DNA from: Bacteroidia bacterium
GTDB lineage: Bacteria > Bacteroidota > Bacteroidia > M30B66
Direction: 5' to 3'
Length of the DNA: 64,000 bases
Assembly (NCBI GenBank): GCA_965279035.1
Contig: OZ257142.1
Span: 1,664,001 to 1,728,000 of the forward strand
The translations under genes were made by a program, and so were the position numbers. Shown piece after piece: positions 1-9,344 of the stretch (positions are counted from its first letter, which is position 1; the number at the start of each line of letters is the position of its first letter). Below the pieces are notes generated by a model. That model was not told where the DNA came from and ran no database searches. It was given only the letters and a program-made list of their open reading frames with translations.

Positions 1-221
1 ATCCCGAATTGAATTTAACATTCATTCCAAATAGTTTTCAAAATCCCAATCTCTTACATCTCATTCTTTATGAATTGAATTTCCCCAACTCCTAAATCTA
101 GGCTGTTTGATATTCATTCTCTCAGAATACAAATACATTCTTACATACGTTAGATATAACGTATTCGGTCGTTTGCTAACTGCTTTCTTCATTCACCTTT
201 GGATCAGCTAAATGCAAACAA

Positions 222-731
222 ATGACAAAACTCCTACTTTCTCTCACTGTATTTCTACCACTAGTCGGCTTTTCTCAATCCATAGAACGAAGCGTAATTG
301 CTGCTTCTGGATCTGTGATTTCGGAGAATACTTCGGGCATTTCTTTCAGTCAAACAATCGGCGAGCCTGTCGTATTAACGCAGCAAGTTCCTTCGGTGAT
401 TTTCACTCAAGGCTTTCAACAACCCGATGCCGATATGATAACGTCGGTTATATCACCATCAACAGGTCAATTCGAAACGGCTGTTTGGCCAAATCCATTC
501 GAAGACCAATTGGCTCTTTCCATCAAAAGCTCACGAAATGCCAATCTGAACGTGTCGTTTTGTGATTTAGCCGGAAGGAAAATTAGCGCTGATCAACTCA
601 TTCAAGTTTCATCCACTTCTTCTACGTGGAATATTGCTGTAGAAAATCTGGCTGCAGGTATTTACCTCATCCAAATCCGGAACACTCAAGGCGAATTAAT
701 CGCTACTCACCGGGTAAGTAAATCTCATTAA
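222..731 (+). CDS. Small T9SS type A sorting-domain protein (putative anchor/adaptor)
   Basis: Signal peptide; short domain SVIAASG...SQTIGEP...FTQGFQQP; CTD motifs VWPNP, DLAGRKI, LAAGIYLIQI. Confidence 0.85.
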   Translation: MTKLLLSLTVFLPLVGFSQSIERSVIAASGSVISENTSGISFSQTIGEPVVLTQQVPSVIFTQGFQQPDADMITSVISPSTGQFETAVWPNPFEDQLALSIKSSRNANLNVSFCDLAGRKISADQLIQVSSTSSTWNIAVENLAAGIYLIQIRNTQGELIATHRVSKSH

Positions 732-758
732 TCTTTTCTAAACCAACCCTAAAAGAAG

Positions 759-3700
759 ATGAAAAAATTCTCCTTTAACGCATTTGTATTTGGCATGCTC
801 ATGTTTGCCGCATCTGCAAACAAAGCCATCGCACAAGATGTTCCGCGTGGTATAAACTATCAAGCAGTTGCTCGTAATGCATCTGGACAATTGCTCAGCA
901 ATCAAAATTTGAGCGTTCGAATTTCTCTTTTGAGTCCCAATGCTTCTAATCCTTTAGTTTATCAGGAAATTCAAGCGAATGTTCAAACCAATCAATTTGG
1001 ATTGTTTAATCTAGTAATCGGGCATGGTGCTCAATCTGGTGGAGACGCAGAAAACTTTGCTGCAGTTGATTGGTCTTTACCCGATATGATGATTAAAATC
1101 GAAGCTGATCTCGGCTCTGGTTATGTGGATATGGGAACAAGCGCTCTTTGGTCTGTACCATACGCTTTGTATTCGGCCAATGGAACTCCTGGTCCCCAAG
1201 GTGAACAAGGGATTCAAGGTGAACAAGGTACTCCTGGTACTGATGGAGCAACCGGTCCGCAAGGTCCTCAAGGTCCAATCGGTTTAACAGGTCCACAAGG
1301 TCCCGCTGGCGCTGATGGAGCTACCGGTCCGCAAGGTCCTCAAGGAATTGCTGGTGCCGATGGCGCTCAAGGTCCTATCGGTTTAACTGGTCCACAAGGT
1401 GAACAAGGTCCCGCTGGCGCTGATGGATTAACTGGTCCGCAAGGTCCTCAAGGAATTGCAGGTGCTGATGGTGCTCAAGGTCCAATCGGATTAACTGGTC
1501 CACAAGGTCTTCAAGGTCCCGCTGGCGCTTATGGAGCAACCGGTCCGCAAGGTCCTCAAGGAATTGCAGGTGCTGATGGTGCTCAAGGTCCAATTGGTTT
1601 AACAGGTCCACAAGGAGATCAAGGTCCTGCTGGTCTCGCTGGCGCTGATGGAGCAACTGGTCCGCAAGGTCCTCAAGGAATTGCTGGTGTCGATGGTGCT
1701 CAAGGCCCAATCGGTTTAACTGGTCCTCAAGGGGAACAAGGTCCTGCTGGCTCTGACGGTGCTACTGGTCCGCAAGGTCCTCAAGGAATTGCTGGTGCAG
1801 ATGGTGCTCAAGGTCTAATCGGTTTAACTGGTCCACAAGGTGAAGTTGGTCCGCAAGGACCTGCTGGCGCTGATGGTGCAACTGGACCTCAAGGACCTCA
1901 AGGAATCCAAGGTATTCAAGGATTAACTGGTGCAACAGGTTTAACTGGTCATGCTGGTGCCGATGGTGCTACTGGTCCTCAAGGACCTCAGGGAATTGCA
2001 GGTCCACAGGGTGACGTTGGTCCTCAAGGTGAAGTTGGCCCACAAGGTCCACAAGGTATTTCGGGTGGTTTAGCATGGACAAGCGATCGTCCATATGTAG
2101 CTGGTGAAGTAGTCGTTTACCAAGGCGAAACGTATATCTGTCAATTGAATAATGATGGAGAACCCGGTGGAATTTTTCCTACGAATGAAACTTATTTTGC
2201 ACCGTACTCTCTCGTTGGCCCTCAAGGTCCACAAGGTGAAATGGGTCCACAAGGTCCGACTGGTTCTTCTAGCGCCAATGTGCTTACAGGTGTTGTCGCT
2301 GTTGTGAATGGTGGTACAGGAATGGATCATTTAGGTGAAGCATATCAACAAATCCGCGTGAACAGTACAGGTTCAGAACTAGAATATTTCACACCAACAC
2401 TTACTGGTGTTCAAAGTATCAATGGTTCAACAGAAGGAAATCAAACAATTGTTTCTGGTAATGCCGGAAACGATTTAAATATTAGTACCGATGCAGGTGT
2501 TCATACGATCAATATTCCCGATGCTGGAATTGATAGTCGTGGTTTAATTACAAATGGCTCTCAAACAATTGCTGGAAATAAAACCATCGTCAATCCATTG
2601 CAAATCAATAACAATGTATTCATTGCTACTACCGATGGAAGTCCTGGATACCACTTTGCAACTGATGGTGAGAACTTAGCAATTAGTCATACGGGTGTTA
2701 TGGATAATCAATTATATCTTCAGTCAAACGGAGATGTACAAGTTCGAAATAATCTAGTGGTTTCAGGTGCTGGACAAACAGGTGGCGGAATTATCCTTGC
2801 CGATGATGGAGATATGGTTGACATGAATAACGGTTATGCAACCATGCGATTTTCTGCTGGTGTTCAAGTAACGAATGGAAATCGTAGTGGTGATCCAGTA
2901 ATTACGCTTAGTTCAAACGGGAATGTTTCGGGTAATGCATTCATCAAAACTAATGGTACTGGAAATCAATTCTTAAAAGCTGATGGTAGTGTTGATGCAA
3001 CCGCTTATGCAACTGCTAACGATCTTACAAATCTCGGTTCTAATTTCCTACCATTAAGTGGTGGGACTTTAACCGGTAACTTAACAGGAACCGACGCTTC
3101 CTTAAACGGAATTAGCCTAAGTCGCGTTGGAAATACACCTTTTTTGAATTTCCCAAATGGAACAACTTTGAGTACCGTTGGTGATGAAAATAATAAGGAT
3201 ATCTTATTCCGAAACCTTGGTCAATTGCGCTTCTCCGATGCCAATGAATGGGATTGGAATGCTTGGGCTGGATTAAGTTATAAACGTGCTACCAATCAGG
3301 TTGTTTTTGGATTCCCCGATGGAGTGAATTTATCTGGTAATAATTCAGGAACCATGTTGTTTTCGAATGTTAACGAAGCATACATGGGCAATACAAACAA
3401 TATTGTTCTTCATACGGGAAATGTGCCAAACATGGCATTAACAACGGGAGCTTTAACATCGCCTTCAATTAATTTCTCTCAATCTGGGGCTACACCATTT
3501 ATCAATACAACAAATGGTGTTTCTTTAAGTACTGTGGGTGATCAAACAAACAAAGACTTAATCATCCGAAATCTCGGTCAATTGCGTTTTTCCGATAACA
3601 ACAATTGGGATTGGAATGCTTGGGCTGGTTTAGCTTACAAAAGTGCCAACAATCAAGTGGTTTTAGGATTTCCCGATAATGATAATTTTTCAGGAAATGC

Positions 3701-4781
3701 AACTGGAACCTTATTATTCAGCAATGTAAATGATGTATATGTGAGAAATTCTAACAACGTTGTCCTTCACACAGGCAATATCATGAATCGGAATTTAACA
3801 CTCGGTTCAGTTCTCGAAACAGATTTAACGCTTTCACAAACTGGTGCAACTCCATTTCTAAATCTACCAAGCGAAGTGTCAATGAGTACAACCGATGCTG
3901 GTGATTTAGTTCTCCGTAACCTCGATCAACTCCGCTTCACCGATGCCAACGATTGGGATTATAGCTCTTGGGCAGGATTGTCCTATAAACGAGCTAATAA
4001 TCAAGTTGTTTTAGGTTTTCCTGATGGCAATAATTTCCTAGGCGCTAATTCAGGTACTCTTTTGTTCAGCAACGTGAATGAAGCTTATATGGGAAATACC
4101 AATAATGTAGTTATTCACTCCGGTAATTATCAATCTAAAATCTCCAGTTTATCCAATCTGTCGCTTACACAAACTGGTGCAACACCATTCTTGAGTTTAC
4201 CAAGTGAAGTGTCAATGAGTACAACAGATGCCGGCGACTTAGTATTCCGTAACCTCGATCAACTTCGCTTTACCGATGCCAACGATTGGGATTATAGCTC
4301 TTGGGCAGGATTGGCATACAAACGTGCAACAAACCAAATTGTACTCGGATTCCCCGATGGCAATAACTTCCTTGGAAGCACAACAGGAACACTCTTCTTT
4401 TCGAATGTGAATAACGCCTACATTGGAAATACCAATCAAGAAATAATTCACACCGGAAATTTATCTCAGTTTGCATTACCTAAACCTGCTGATGCTGGAA
4501 CTCAAGGACAAATTCTATCGCTTTCAAACAATGGAACTACTGCTTGGGTAAATACGCGAACTGAAGTAGCCGATGAAGTTCTTGCTGGATCTGGTCAAGT
4601 CGATTTTACTTTATCCCAAGCTCCTTCTTCTGCTAGCAAAGTGAAAATGTATGTCAATGGAATTCGAATTAGCAATGCTGCTTATTCTATTTCTGGAACT
4701 ACTCTTACTTACGATGCTAATAACAACGGAGCTTATGTGTTATCAGCTGGTGATCGTATCCAATTCGATTATTCATATTAA
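759..4781 (+). CDS. Secreted collagen-like / tail-fibre-like repeat protein
   Basis: Signal peptide; PRGINYQAVARN...SVPYALY N-domain; long Gly-X-Y tract; CBM5/12-like WTSDRPY..GEVVVYQGETY; FLPLSGGTLTG; four ~110-120 aa repeats; no T9SS CTD. Confidence 0.85.
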   Translation: MKKFSFNAFVFGMLMFAASANKAIAQDVPRGINYQAVARNASGQLLSNQNLSVRISLLSPNASNPLVYQEIQANVQTNQFGLFNLVIGHGAQSGGDAENFAAVDWSLPDMMIKIEADLGSGYVDMGTSALWSVPYALYSANGTPGPQGEQGIQGEQGTPGTDGATGPQGPQGPIGLTGPQGPAGADGATGPQGPQGIAGADGAQGPIGLTGPQGEQGPAGADGLTGPQGPQGIAGADGAQGPIGLTGPQGLQGPAGAYGATGPQGPQGIAGADGAQGPIGLTGPQGDQGPAGLAGADGATGPQGPQGIAGVDGAQGPIGLTGPQGEQGPAGSDGATGPQGPQGIAGADGAQGLIGLTGPQGEVGPQGPAGADGATGPQGPQGIQGIQGLTGATGLTGHAGADGATGPQGPQGIAGPQGDVGPQGEVGPQGPQGISGGLAWTSDRPYVAGEVVVYQGETYICQLNNDGEPGGIFPTNETYFAPYSLVGPQGPQGEMGPQGPTGSSSANVLTGVVAVVNGGTGMDHLGEAYQQIRVNSTGSELEYFTPTLTGVQSINGSTEGNQTIVSGNAGNDLNISTDAGVHTINIPDAGIDSRGLITNGSQTIAGNKTIVNPLQINNNVFIATTDGSPGYHFATDGENLAISHTGVMDNQLYLQSNGDVQVRNNLVVSGAGQTGGGIILADDGDMVDMNNGYATMRFSAGVQVTNGNRSGDPVITLSSNGNVSGNAFIKTNGTGNQFLKADGSVDATAYATANDLTNLGSNFLPLSGGTLTGNLTGTDASLNGISLSRVGNTPFLNFPNGTTLSTVGDENNKDILFRNLGQLRFSDANEWDWNAWAGLSYKRATNQVVFGFPDGVNLSGNNSGTMLFSNVNEAYMGNTNNIVLHTGNVPNMALTTGALTSPSINFSQSGATPFINTTNGVSLSTVGDQTNKDLIIRNLGQLRFSDNNNWDWNAWAGLAYKSANNQVVLGFPDNDNFSGNATGTLLFSNVNDVYVRNSNNVVLHTGNIMNRNLTLGSVLETDLTLSQTGATPFLNLPSEVSMSTTDAGDLVLRNLDQLRFTDANDWDYSSWAGLSYKRANNQVVLGFPDGNNFLGANSGTLLFSNVNEAYMGNTNNVVIHSGNYQSKISSLSNLSLTQTGATPFLSLPSEVSMSTTDAGDLVFRNLDQLRFTDANDWDYSSWAGLAYKRATNQIVLGFPDGNNFLGSTTGTLFFSNVNNAYIGNTNQEIIHTGNLSQFALPKPADAGTQGQILSLSNNGTTAWVNTRTEVADEVLAGSGQVDFTLSQAPSSASKVKMYVNGIRISNAAYSISGTTLTYDANNNGAYVLSAGDRIQFDYSY
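1182..2063 (+). repeat. Collagen Gly-X-Y coding tandem repeat, ~108-bp period
   Basis: ggtccgcaaggtcctcaagga recurs at 1326, 1434, 1542, 1659 and 1767 (spacings 108, 108, 117, 108). Confidence 0.9.
3130..4461 (+). repeat. Four intragenic repeats (LRFxDxxxWD(W/Y)xxWAGLxYK...HxGN)
   Basis: Equivalent anchor positions at 3221, 3578, 3926 and 4259; copies 3 and 4 nearly identical in DNA. Confidence 0.9.
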
Positions 4782-4799
4782 TTAATTCCTTCGCGAATT

Positions 4800-6302
4800 A
4801 TGAGATATTTCCTTCACCTGTTGATTTGCATCCTGTTTACGCTAGATGCATCAGCGCAAGGAATAAATAAGCACGGACAAATAAATGTTTCGTCCGGAAT
4901 GGTAAATCAATACGGAGCAATTGGACAAAGTGGTTTAACAACTAATGGACGATTATTCACACCTGCTAATAATGGTAATTTAAACGCACTCGATTTCGAT
5001 GGAGGAGCTAATTATGTTGAGGTTCAGCCGGGTGTTTATTTTAACAGCGATTTTACGATCGAATGTTGGGTATATCCCCGCAGTTTTGGTAATTGGTCAC
5101 GTGTTATTGATTTTGGAAATGGAGCAGGAGCCAACAATGTTTTACTCGCTTACACTTGGGGAACAACGGGTAATCCAGCAGTTCACATCGACGGACAACA
5201 ATTCTATGCCGACAATGTGTTAGAGCTCAATACTTGGTCGCATTTGGCTGTTACGTTATCGGGTAATACATGTACTTTTTACATTAATGGAATTCCATCC
5301 GGCAGTAGCAATATGCCAACACCTAGCGATGTAATGCGTAACCAATGTTACATAGGAAAAAGCAACTGGAATGGCGATCCCAATGCGGATGCGCGTTTCG
5401 ATGAACTTCGAATTTTTAATTATGGAAAATCCGAAGCCGAAATTCTTGCAGGAATGCATCTCGAAGCATTTGGAAATGAAGCCGGTTTAGTAGCCTATTA
5501 CAATTTCAATCAAGGAAATGCAAATTCAAATAATGCAGGTATTTCTACGCTGACCGATAATTCTGGAAATGGTCATGCCGGTACTTTAAATGGGTTTGTA
5601 CTCGATGGTAATACCAGTAATTTTGTCCAAGGAGCTCCTTTAGGTGACGGTCTTTCTCCTGAAACGGCTGGTAGTAGCGCATTCTCTATCAAACAGAGTT
5701 TTCCGGCTTCAACGGATGGTTTGTATTGGATTCGAAATTTGAATATCAATGGTGGAACTCCTGTTCAGATTTATGCCGATATGACTACCGACGGTGGCGG
5801 TTGGACCTTAATTACATGTAATGCAGATAACGGTGGTTGGGATTATGCTAATGCAATCGAATTAAATACTGCAACACCAAGTATTAATTCCAATTATTCC
5901 ATCATTACATGGGCCGATTATTTGAAGAAAAGTGCTAGCGGTTTTCAATACATGATTGAATCAAATCAACGCCGTAGTTATGGTGGTATTTGGACTGCAA
6001 ATGGCGCTTATAGCTTTGTCAATAATACCAATTCACAAACCGATGTGACCATAAATACCAAATTCGGTATCGATGGAAGTCTAGGAACTTGGACCTATAG
6101 CGATGGCGGTATTGAGCAGCGAATGCCTTGGTATTCCGACTGTAGCGGCTACATAACAACTAGTTCCGATTGCGGCGGCGGCAGTTGGTGGGGAACATTA
6201 ATTTCAACAGGAGGTTGGAGTCCCGCACCTTGGATTGCCGGTGGCTGTGGCGACGAAGGTTGCATGCCGCATCCTGGTATACTTTGGTATTGGGTACGAT
6301 AA
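4800..6302 (+). CDS. Secreted LamG (concanavalin-like) + fibrinogen-C/intelectin-like protein
   Basis: Signal peptide; FTIECWV, WSHLAVT, FDELRIFN, LVAYYNFN (LamG); YADMTTDGGGWTL (fibrinogen-like); no T9SS CTD. Confidence 0.85.
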   Translation: MRYFLHLLICILFTLDASAQGINKHGQINVSSGMVNQYGAIGQSGLTTNGRLFTPANNGNLNALDFDGGANYVEVQPGVYFNSDFTIECWVYPRSFGNWSRVIDFGNGAGANNVLLAYTWGTTGNPAVHIDGQQFYADNVLELNTWSHLAVTLSGNTCTFYINGIPSGSSNMPTPSDVMRNQCYIGKSNWNGDPNADARFDELRIFNYGKSEAEILAGMHLEAFGNEAGLVAYYNFNQGNANSNNAGISTLTDNSGNGHAGTLNGFVLDGNTSNFVQGAPLGDGLSPETAGSSAFSIKQSFPASTDGLYWIRNLNINGGTPVQIYADMTTDGGGWTLITCNADNGGWDYANAIELNTATPSINSNYSIITWADYLKKSASGFQYMIESNQRRSYGGIWTANGAYSFVNNTNSQTDVTINTKFGIDGSLGTWTYSDGGIEQRMPWYSDCSGYITTSSDCGGGSWWGTLISTGGWSPAPWIAGGCGDEGCMPHPGILWYWVR

Positions 6303-6317
6303 AAAATAAATCATTAT

Positions 6318-6348
6318 AAAAAGGTCAGAATTCGTTCTGGCCTTTTTT
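6318..6348 (+). terminator. Rho-independent terminator
   Basis: aaaaaggtcagaa-ttcg-ttctggcctttttt. Confidence 0.85.
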
Positions 6349-6456
6349 ATTTTCAAAATCTGGATTTATTTTCATTTGGGCGGCGGGCACGCTATCCGCT
6401 TGTAGTCCTTATTGTATGCCTTCGCTAAAGCTTCGGCATACAAAGCGGGCTAACGC

Positions 6457-6739
6457 TTCTATCGTTGCCGCTTAATTTTACCCAATCACATTTAAATAAA
6501 ATCCAGCATCCCCGGATTTCAATCCGGGGTGCGTGCTGCTGTGTTTCCCCTTAACCCCGGATTGAAATCCGGGGCTACCTGTTTTATCGTTGCTGCTAAC
6601 GTATAATTTATATTTCATGGGTTTCATCAATCATCTATTCATCATCCATCAACGCCGGAATTTTTATTCTATCGTTGCCGCTTAATTTTACCCAATCACA
6701 TTTAAATAAAATCCAGCATCCCCGGATTGAAATCCGGGG
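6457..6739. repeat. REP cluster 1: three CCCCGGATT(TC/GA)AATCCGGGG palindromes within a ~73-bp direct duplication
   Basis: Palindromes at 6510-6529, 6555-6574 (GTAG foot on minus strand) and 6720-6739; 6457-6529 is duplicated at 6667-6739. Confidence 0.85.
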
Positions 6740-6845
6740 CAAATACCTAAAAAATAGGTACAAATAAAAGATAGAAAACAAACATCTCTAATATCACCAT
6801 AAGCCGTTTATACGCCTATATTTGAATACAATCTAACCTATCACC

Positions 6846-9050
6846 ATGTTACGTTTAAAACCAATTTATTTTTTCATTCAATTTATTCTACTGATTTTAT
6901 TTTCAATTCCCAGTAATGCTCAAATCAACATCGTTTCCTATGCAGGAAATTCAAGTCGAGAAACATTTTACGATGTTGCCCAATTGAGCGATGGAACATT
7001 TATTATAGGAGGATATTGTGAAAATTTAGATTGGATTTCGGCTTCCGTTCCGCGCACGCAACTGAGCTGGACTGGCTCTATTCCCAATGCTCAAGGAACA
7101 AATCGCTATGGATTCTTAATTCAACTTTCTCCCGATTTCCAAACCATGTTGAATGTTGTGCATTTCCCACAAGGTGCAGTTGAAGACATTCGATTTATCA
7201 AAACCAATGCGCTTCCCTATGCAACAACGGGCGATCTTTATATAAGCTGCAATACGTCCGACAGCGATAATAACAACGGTGGATACATCATTGCTAAACT
7301 CAACAATAATTTCGTCAACGGAATTCCTACTGCATTGAGTTGGATCAATGTTGTTTGGGCGAAATCAGGGCCGAAAGAGTATCATCCTTGGGATGTGACG
7401 AACGATGGAAAGGTGTTTTACATTTCTGGTGAAGCTTATGGTTACGATTGGAGCGCGGTGTATTGTCTCGATCAAACTGGACGTCGAACAGTTGTAAATA
7501 ATTGGCGAACGCATTGGCTCAAAGATGGAACAGAATGGCACGGCTTTCCAGCATCAGCAAACCCAACAGGAGATCTCGATTGGGTTAACTTTAGTGGTAT
7601 AGTTTTGAAAAGTTGGGGCCGTTGCGATTTACGATCGTGGACATTGAACGATTACAACAGCATTTTACCCGATGGAAATGGCGGAACTAAAAAAGGAAAA
7701 TGGCCGGTTGATGTATTGTTTAACGGTCCATGCGATCCTCAAAATCCAAGCACAAATGGACCCGGTTATTCGGGTTATTCGCAAGAATCCTGTTGTCCGG
7801 TTTATGGTGGAAGCAACATTGTAATTGATAAACGGAATAACAATCTGTATATCGGGATGAATATGAAGAGCTATTACAATCCCAGCAACACACCCGATTT
7901 TGAACCAGCTATCATCGCTATGGACAGTGAAGGAACGCTTCGTTGGTGGAGTCGTTTATACCATGAAATAACTCCTGCTGGCGATACGGTTGCTTCCATT
8001 CCGGATCAATATATCGATGCCTTGGCGATTGATTACAATCATAATCAATTAGTAGTAAATGCTCGCACACATGGAAATAACACGGAGAATTTTTGGGAAG
8101 GAAATACACTCGCTGCCAATCCACAAGCTCTTGGTTTTCAAAATCAATTTACCGGAACCTCGGGCAATATTCATGTTTCATGGTTAGGGAAATTGCAACT
8201 CTTAGATGGAACAATTTTACATTCCACCTATGTGGCTGAACTCAGCGATGCAACGGGTTCTCTTGGCACACTACATTCCGATCCAAACTTGGATGGATGG
8301 CCCGATCCCAATACAGGATGGCCTAATGTGAATACAACGCGTTTAGCTAAAAATAATCTCAAAGTAAGTAGCAACGGCGATGTATGTATTTTGGGTCTTG
8401 GTCGAAGAACCATTACAACAGCCAATGCATACCAAAAAATGGTAAAACCTCAGTTTGGTGGACATAGTGCATGGAATAGTTTTGTTCGTGTGTATGATTC
8501 CAATTTAAGTGTCCCAAAATATTCTTCTTTAGTTGTTGGTGTTTGGGATACGGTAAGTCAAGTAGGAGGTAGCAATACCGAAATCTTCGGACTATATAAA
8601 ACAGCAAATGGTATTGTTGCAGTAGGTCGACAAACCGCCGATACGAGTAATGTTGCTCAAGGAAACAATCTTCCAATTTCTCAAGTTCCATCCTGGGGAA
8701 ATACCACAGCACAGGGTGAAAGCGCTATATTGGTTTATTACACTGCAAGTAATTTATACAATCCGAATGATTCAATTCAAGGCGGAATAATTACGAATAT
8801 AGCACCTGCCAAGTCAAACGATATTACACTATTTCCCAATCCAGCAAGCGATCGAGTTTGGTTGAATTTCAAAGGTTCACTTTCAAATCAAAACTGGACA
8901 TATCAATTAATCGATATGAGTGGGCGTTGCATTCAAAAAGGAAATCTACTTGGGAACTACATTCCATTAAATTCAATTAGCAGCGGTATTTATCAGATTC
9001 AATTGAATAATGAAAAATCAACTTATTCTAATAAACTGATCGTATTATAA
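6846..9050 (+). CDS. T9SS type A cargo protein, probable beta-propeller, unknown function
   Basis: Signal peptide; LFPNPASD...DMSGRCI...SSGIYQIQL CTD. Confidence 0.8.
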   Translation: MLRLKPIYFFIQFILLILFSIPSNAQINIVSYAGNSSRETFYDVAQLSDGTFIIGGYCENLDWISASVPRTQLSWTGSIPNAQGTNRYGFLIQLSPDFQTMLNVVHFPQGAVEDIRFIKTNALPYATTGDLYISCNTSDSDNNNGGYIIAKLNNNFVNGIPTALSWINVVWAKSGPKEYHPWDVTNDGKVFYISGEAYGYDWSAVYCLDQTGRRTVVNNWRTHWLKDGTEWHGFPASANPTGDLDWVNFSGIVLKSWGRCDLRSWTLNDYNSILPDGNGGTKKGKWPVDVLFNGPCDPQNPSTNGPGYSGYSQESCCPVYGGSNIVIDKRNNNLYIGMNMKSYYNPSNTPDFEPAIIAMDSEGTLRWWSRLYHEITPAGDTVASIPDQYIDALAIDYNHNQLVVNARTHGNNTENFWEGNTLAANPQALGFQNQFTGTSGNIHVSWLGKLQLLDGTILHSTYVAELSDATGSLGTLHSDPNLDGWPDPNTGWPNVNTTRLAKNNLKVSSNGDVCILGLGRRTITTANAYQKMVKPQFGGHSAWNSFVRVYDSNLSVPKYSSLVVGVWDTVSQVGGSNTEIFGLYKTANGIVAVGRQTADTSNVAQGNNLPISQVPSWGNTTAQGESAILVYYTASNLYNPNDSIQGGIITNIAPAKSNDITLFPNPASDRVWLNFKGSLSNQNWTYQLIDMSGRCIQKGNLLGNYIPLNSISSGIYQIQLNNEKSTYSNKLIVL

Positions 9051-9053
9051 CCC

Positions 9054-9285
9054 GCAGCCTCAGACTACAGTCCGAGGTTACAAATGGTTAACGTATCTGG
9101 CATTTTTGAATTGTACCCTCGGACTTAAGTCCGAGGGTATTTGAGATTGGCAATATGCTAAATTGTTGGTTTAATTAATCTCACATTTGGATTAGTATCC
9201 TAGCTGCCTCAGACTTCGGTCCGAGGGTGAAAATGTTTAACAGATCTGGCTTTTTGAATTGTAGCCTCGGACTTAAGTCCGAGGG
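9054..9285. repeat. REP cluster 2: four GTAG-CCTCGGACTTAAGTCCGAGG-type palindromes in a duplicated doublet
   Basis: Copies at ~9054-9077, 9113-9137, 9203-9227 and 9261-9285; spacer aaatg.ttaac..atctggc.tttttgaattgta also duplicated. Confidence 0.85.
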
Positions 9286-9344
9286 TGCTGATATTAGCGA
9301 TTGGCATTTGTAGTATCGAACTGCGAAGCGGTCGTAATTAAAAA

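Noticed and set aside
1077-1710. Antisense ORFs with repetitive peptides
   Set aside because: Shadows of the collagen repeat
3834-4461. Near-identical repeats 3 and 4 as a DGR template/variable pair
   Set aside because: Both lie in frame in one CDS, differences are not confined to adenines, and no reverse transcriptase is in the window
759-6302. Prophage or tailocin tail module
   Set aside because: Proteins have Sec signal peptides; no baseplate, sheath, capsid or integrase genes nearby
6457-9285. Palindromic repeats as CRISPR arrays
   Set aside because: Only 3-4 copies each, irregular or duplicated spacers, mixed orientation, no cas genes; they fit REPs
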